A DNA stretch of 64,000 nt from an uncultured delta proteobacterium (GTDB lineage: Bacteria; Desulfobacterota; Binatia; UBA9968). The notes below the pieces were generated by a model, which worked only from the letters and a program-made list of their open reading frames with translations, ran no database searches and had not been told where the DNA came from. Shown piece after piece: positions 61,907-64,000 of this stretch. The stretch is taken from positions 1-64,000 of the forward strand of contig CAVWLW010000059.1 of the NCBI GenBank assembly GCA_963755715.1. Direction: 5' to 3'. The number at the start of each line of letters is the position of its first letter. Positions within the stretch are counted from its first letter, which is position 1. A program made the translations under genes and the position numbers.

Positions 61907-62776
61907 CTAGTCCCCATTCAACAAAAACGGCACGACGATCTCCGCCAACTCTTCCGGCTTCTCGTGCGGAATGTGATGGCCGGCGCCTTCGACCGGGACG
62001 ATCTTCGCGTTGGGAAAAAGCTGGGCGCGGTGACCGCGCACCGATTTCATGAAATCGCTCTCGGTGCCGTAGACAAACAGGATCGGACACTTGAGGCGCC
62101 GGATGAAAGCTTCGATTTGTCCCTCGGACATCGCCGTCGTCGTCCGGTAGCGCAGGATCGGATCATGCTTCCAGCGATATCTTCCGCCTTTATAGCTCGT
62201 ACCGTGGTGCGCCATGTGCAGCGCCGCTTGATCAGGAATCAGTGGAAAAGTTTTCTGCAGAGACTTGGCAGCGGATTCCAGCGAGTCGTGCGGAAAAGGA
62301 ATCTCGACATAATCCCTTCCTTTCAAGCGCTCGGCAATGATGTCCGGGACTTCATCGTCGGCACGGGCGAACGGGCCGAGCGATTCCAGCAAAACCAGGC
62401 TCTTCACTTTTTCCGGAAACGCCGCGGCGTAAAGCAAACACATGCTGCCGCCGAGCGAATGACCGACAATCGTCAACAGTTCTTTGTCTAGGTGCTTGAC
62501 TAAGCCGGCCAGGTCGGTGAGGAAATCTTCATGTTGATAGCCCCGACCCGAGGTTGGCCATTCACTATCGCCATGCCCGCGCAAATCGAGCGCCACCGCG
62601 TGTTGGATCGGCACACCGCGCTTGAGCAACGCCTCGAGAAAGTGATCCCAACTGCGCCCTTGATCGCGCACGCCGTGCACGAAAACGTAAGTCTCCTCCT
62701 TCGGATCGCCCCATTCCCAATAATGTAATCTCAAGCCATCATGATCAAAATATCGTCGTCTCGGTTCCAAATTCAT
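61907..62776 (-). CDS. alpha/beta hydrolase
   Basis: VHG, DLRGHGDS, GHSLGG and GAGHH motifs. Confidence 0.92.
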   Translation of the reverse strand: MNLEPRRRYFDHDGLRLHYWEWGDPKEETYVFVHGVRDQGRSWDHFLEALLKRGVPIQHAVALDLRGHGDSEWPTSGRGYQHEDFLTDLAGLVKHLDKELLTIVGHSLGGSMCLLYAAAFPEKVKSLVLLESLGPFARADDEVPDIIAERLKGRDYVEIPFPHDSLESAAKSLQKTFPLIPDQAALHMAHHGTSYKGGRYRWKHDPILRYRTTTAMSEGQIEAFIRRLKCPILFVYGTESDFMKSVRGHRAQLFPNAKIVPVEGAGHHIPHEKPEELAEIVVPFLLNGD

Positions 62777-62848
62777 GATTCTTTCGTCGCTGCCTTTCCT
62801 GTTGGATATCTGAGTTGAATCCGTCCACCGGATTTTTCTTGCTCATGC

Positions 62849-63832
62849 CTATTGCCTTCTTCCCAACTCTTTCAACGCTTCCTCCACATAGCTATGATCG
62901 ACATATTTTGCCGGCGCCGGCAGCGCGCCGCCTTTGAACAGACCTCGTTCAGCCGAGATTTGGATCACCGTGCGGATGCCCTCCACGTTGGACTCACCGT
63001 TGGGATTCCAGATTTTGTTTTCCGTGTAATATTCCCAGCCGCGCCGCGCCTGCTCGGGTTTGAGTTTCATCTCCTTCGAGAGAAACTCGATGGTCGGCTC
63101 TTTGTTGTCGTGCATCGAGCGCATGGCGAGCACCAGACCTTTCATGAAACGCACCAAGAGCGGTCGGTTCTTTTCCGCCCAGGAACGCTTCACTGTGACA
63201 TCGGTCAACTGATAGTTCGGAATGAAATCGACGACCTTGGCGATGACCGGATAGCCCATCTGCGCCGCTTCGTAGTTGAGCGGCACGGCGATGATCGCGG
63301 CGTCGATCCGGCCCGAAGTCAGAGATAAGAATGCCTGGGCCGAGCCGCCGACGTTGATCAGATTATAATCCTTTGGATACTCCATCCCCTTCGCCCGCAA
63401 CACGCGTCGCAACACGAACGCAGTGCCCGAAGTCAACCCCGATGAACCGATATTGGCGCCGCGTAGATCCTCGAAGCTTTTAAACTTTTTTCCGCCCATG
63501 ATGTAGTGCGTCAGTCCGTTGATCACGCCTCCGATAGTCGCGAGATCCGCCCCTTGTTCGACCGCGGCGATTACGGTGTCGACGCCCCCACTGGAGACGT
63601 ATACAGAGCCCCCCATCAAAGCCATCGTCGACTTGTCCGCGCCGTTCACGAGCACGAGTTCAACATCGAGCCCTTGCTTATCGAAGAAACCGAGCTTGCT
63701 CGCCACCCAGAGCGGACTGTAGCCGAGTGTCTTCGACGACGCGCTGATCGGCAGCTTCGGTTTGTCCTGCGCGAGCGCACTGGAGGAAACGATCAGCAAC
63801 AAGACCGCGATCGATTGGATCACAAGTCGCAT
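62849..63832 (-). CDS. ABC-type substrate-binding protein (NMT1-like)
   Basis: Signal peptide MRLVIQ...ALAQ; GFFDKQGLDVEL motif. Confidence 0.88.
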   Translation of the reverse strand: MRLVIQSIAVLLLIVSSSALAQDKPKLPISASSKTLGYSPLWVASKLGFFDKQGLDVELVLVNGADKSTMALMGGSVYVSSGGVDTVIAAVEQGADLATIGGVINGLTHYIMGGKKFKSFEDLRGANIGSSGLTSGTAFVLRRVLRAKGMEYPKDYNLINVGGSAQAFLSLTSGRIDAAIIAVPLNYEAAQMGYPVIAKVVDFIPNYQLTDVTVKRSWAEKNRPLLVRFMKGLVLAMRSMHDNKEPTIEFLSKEMKLKPEQARRGWEYYTENKIWNPNGESNVEGIRTVIQISAERGLFKGGALPAPAKYVDHSYVEEALKELGRRQ

Positions 63833-63854
63833 CGGTCTTATCGTCCTATGCTCA

Positions 63855-64000
63855 CTACTTTTGCGCCTCATCCACGTATTTGCGTACGAAGTCGATGACC
63901 TCGGCGGGAGCGCGCAACACTTTTTCACGAAGTCTTTCCCCATCCTCGCCTGTCTCAAAGCGTGGCTGGAACTTCATCACCTTTTTCGCTTCGCCGATAA
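63855..64000 (-). CDS. C-terminus of a probable TctC-like protein (runs off the window)
   Basis: IGEAKKVMKFQPRFETGEDGERLREKVLRAPAEVIDFVRKYVDEAQK* resembles the end of 44995..46020. Confidence 0.5.
   Translation of the reverse strand, partial: IGEAKKVMKFQPRFETGEDGERLREKVLRAPAEVIDFVRKYVDEAQK

Overview
GC-rich bacterial chromosomal region. The gene-family content (many amidohydrolase_2 paralogs, many orphan substrate-binding proteins, dense palindromic intergenic repeats) suggests Candidatus Binatia / Desulfobacterota-like soil bacteria; this is an inference. It encodes mostly catabolic enzymes: 7 amidohydrolases, 2 TPP enzymes, an amidase, a NahE-like aldolase and a CoA-dependent cluster, plus about 11 solute-binding proteins with no permease or ATPase. 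The main signal is two genes that the ORF track splits at an in-frame TGA (17216 and 34936). Both read through as G-L-G-x-U-G-S-C-T-S-W-S-V-H-D and carry an identical 19-nt hairpin exactly 11 nt after the UGA. They are therefore putative UGSC-type selenoproteins with SECIS elements. One lies upstream of an uncharacterised 350-aa partner protein, the other upstream of a TPP-enzyme/amidase operon. Other signals are integron attC sites without an integrase, cargo segments bracketed by duplicated 3' ends of amidohydrolase or SBP genes, a protease-dead HtrA-like gene beside an orphan LuxR regulator, and many single-base frameshifts that may be assembly errors. No rRNA, tRNA or CRISPR array was seen.
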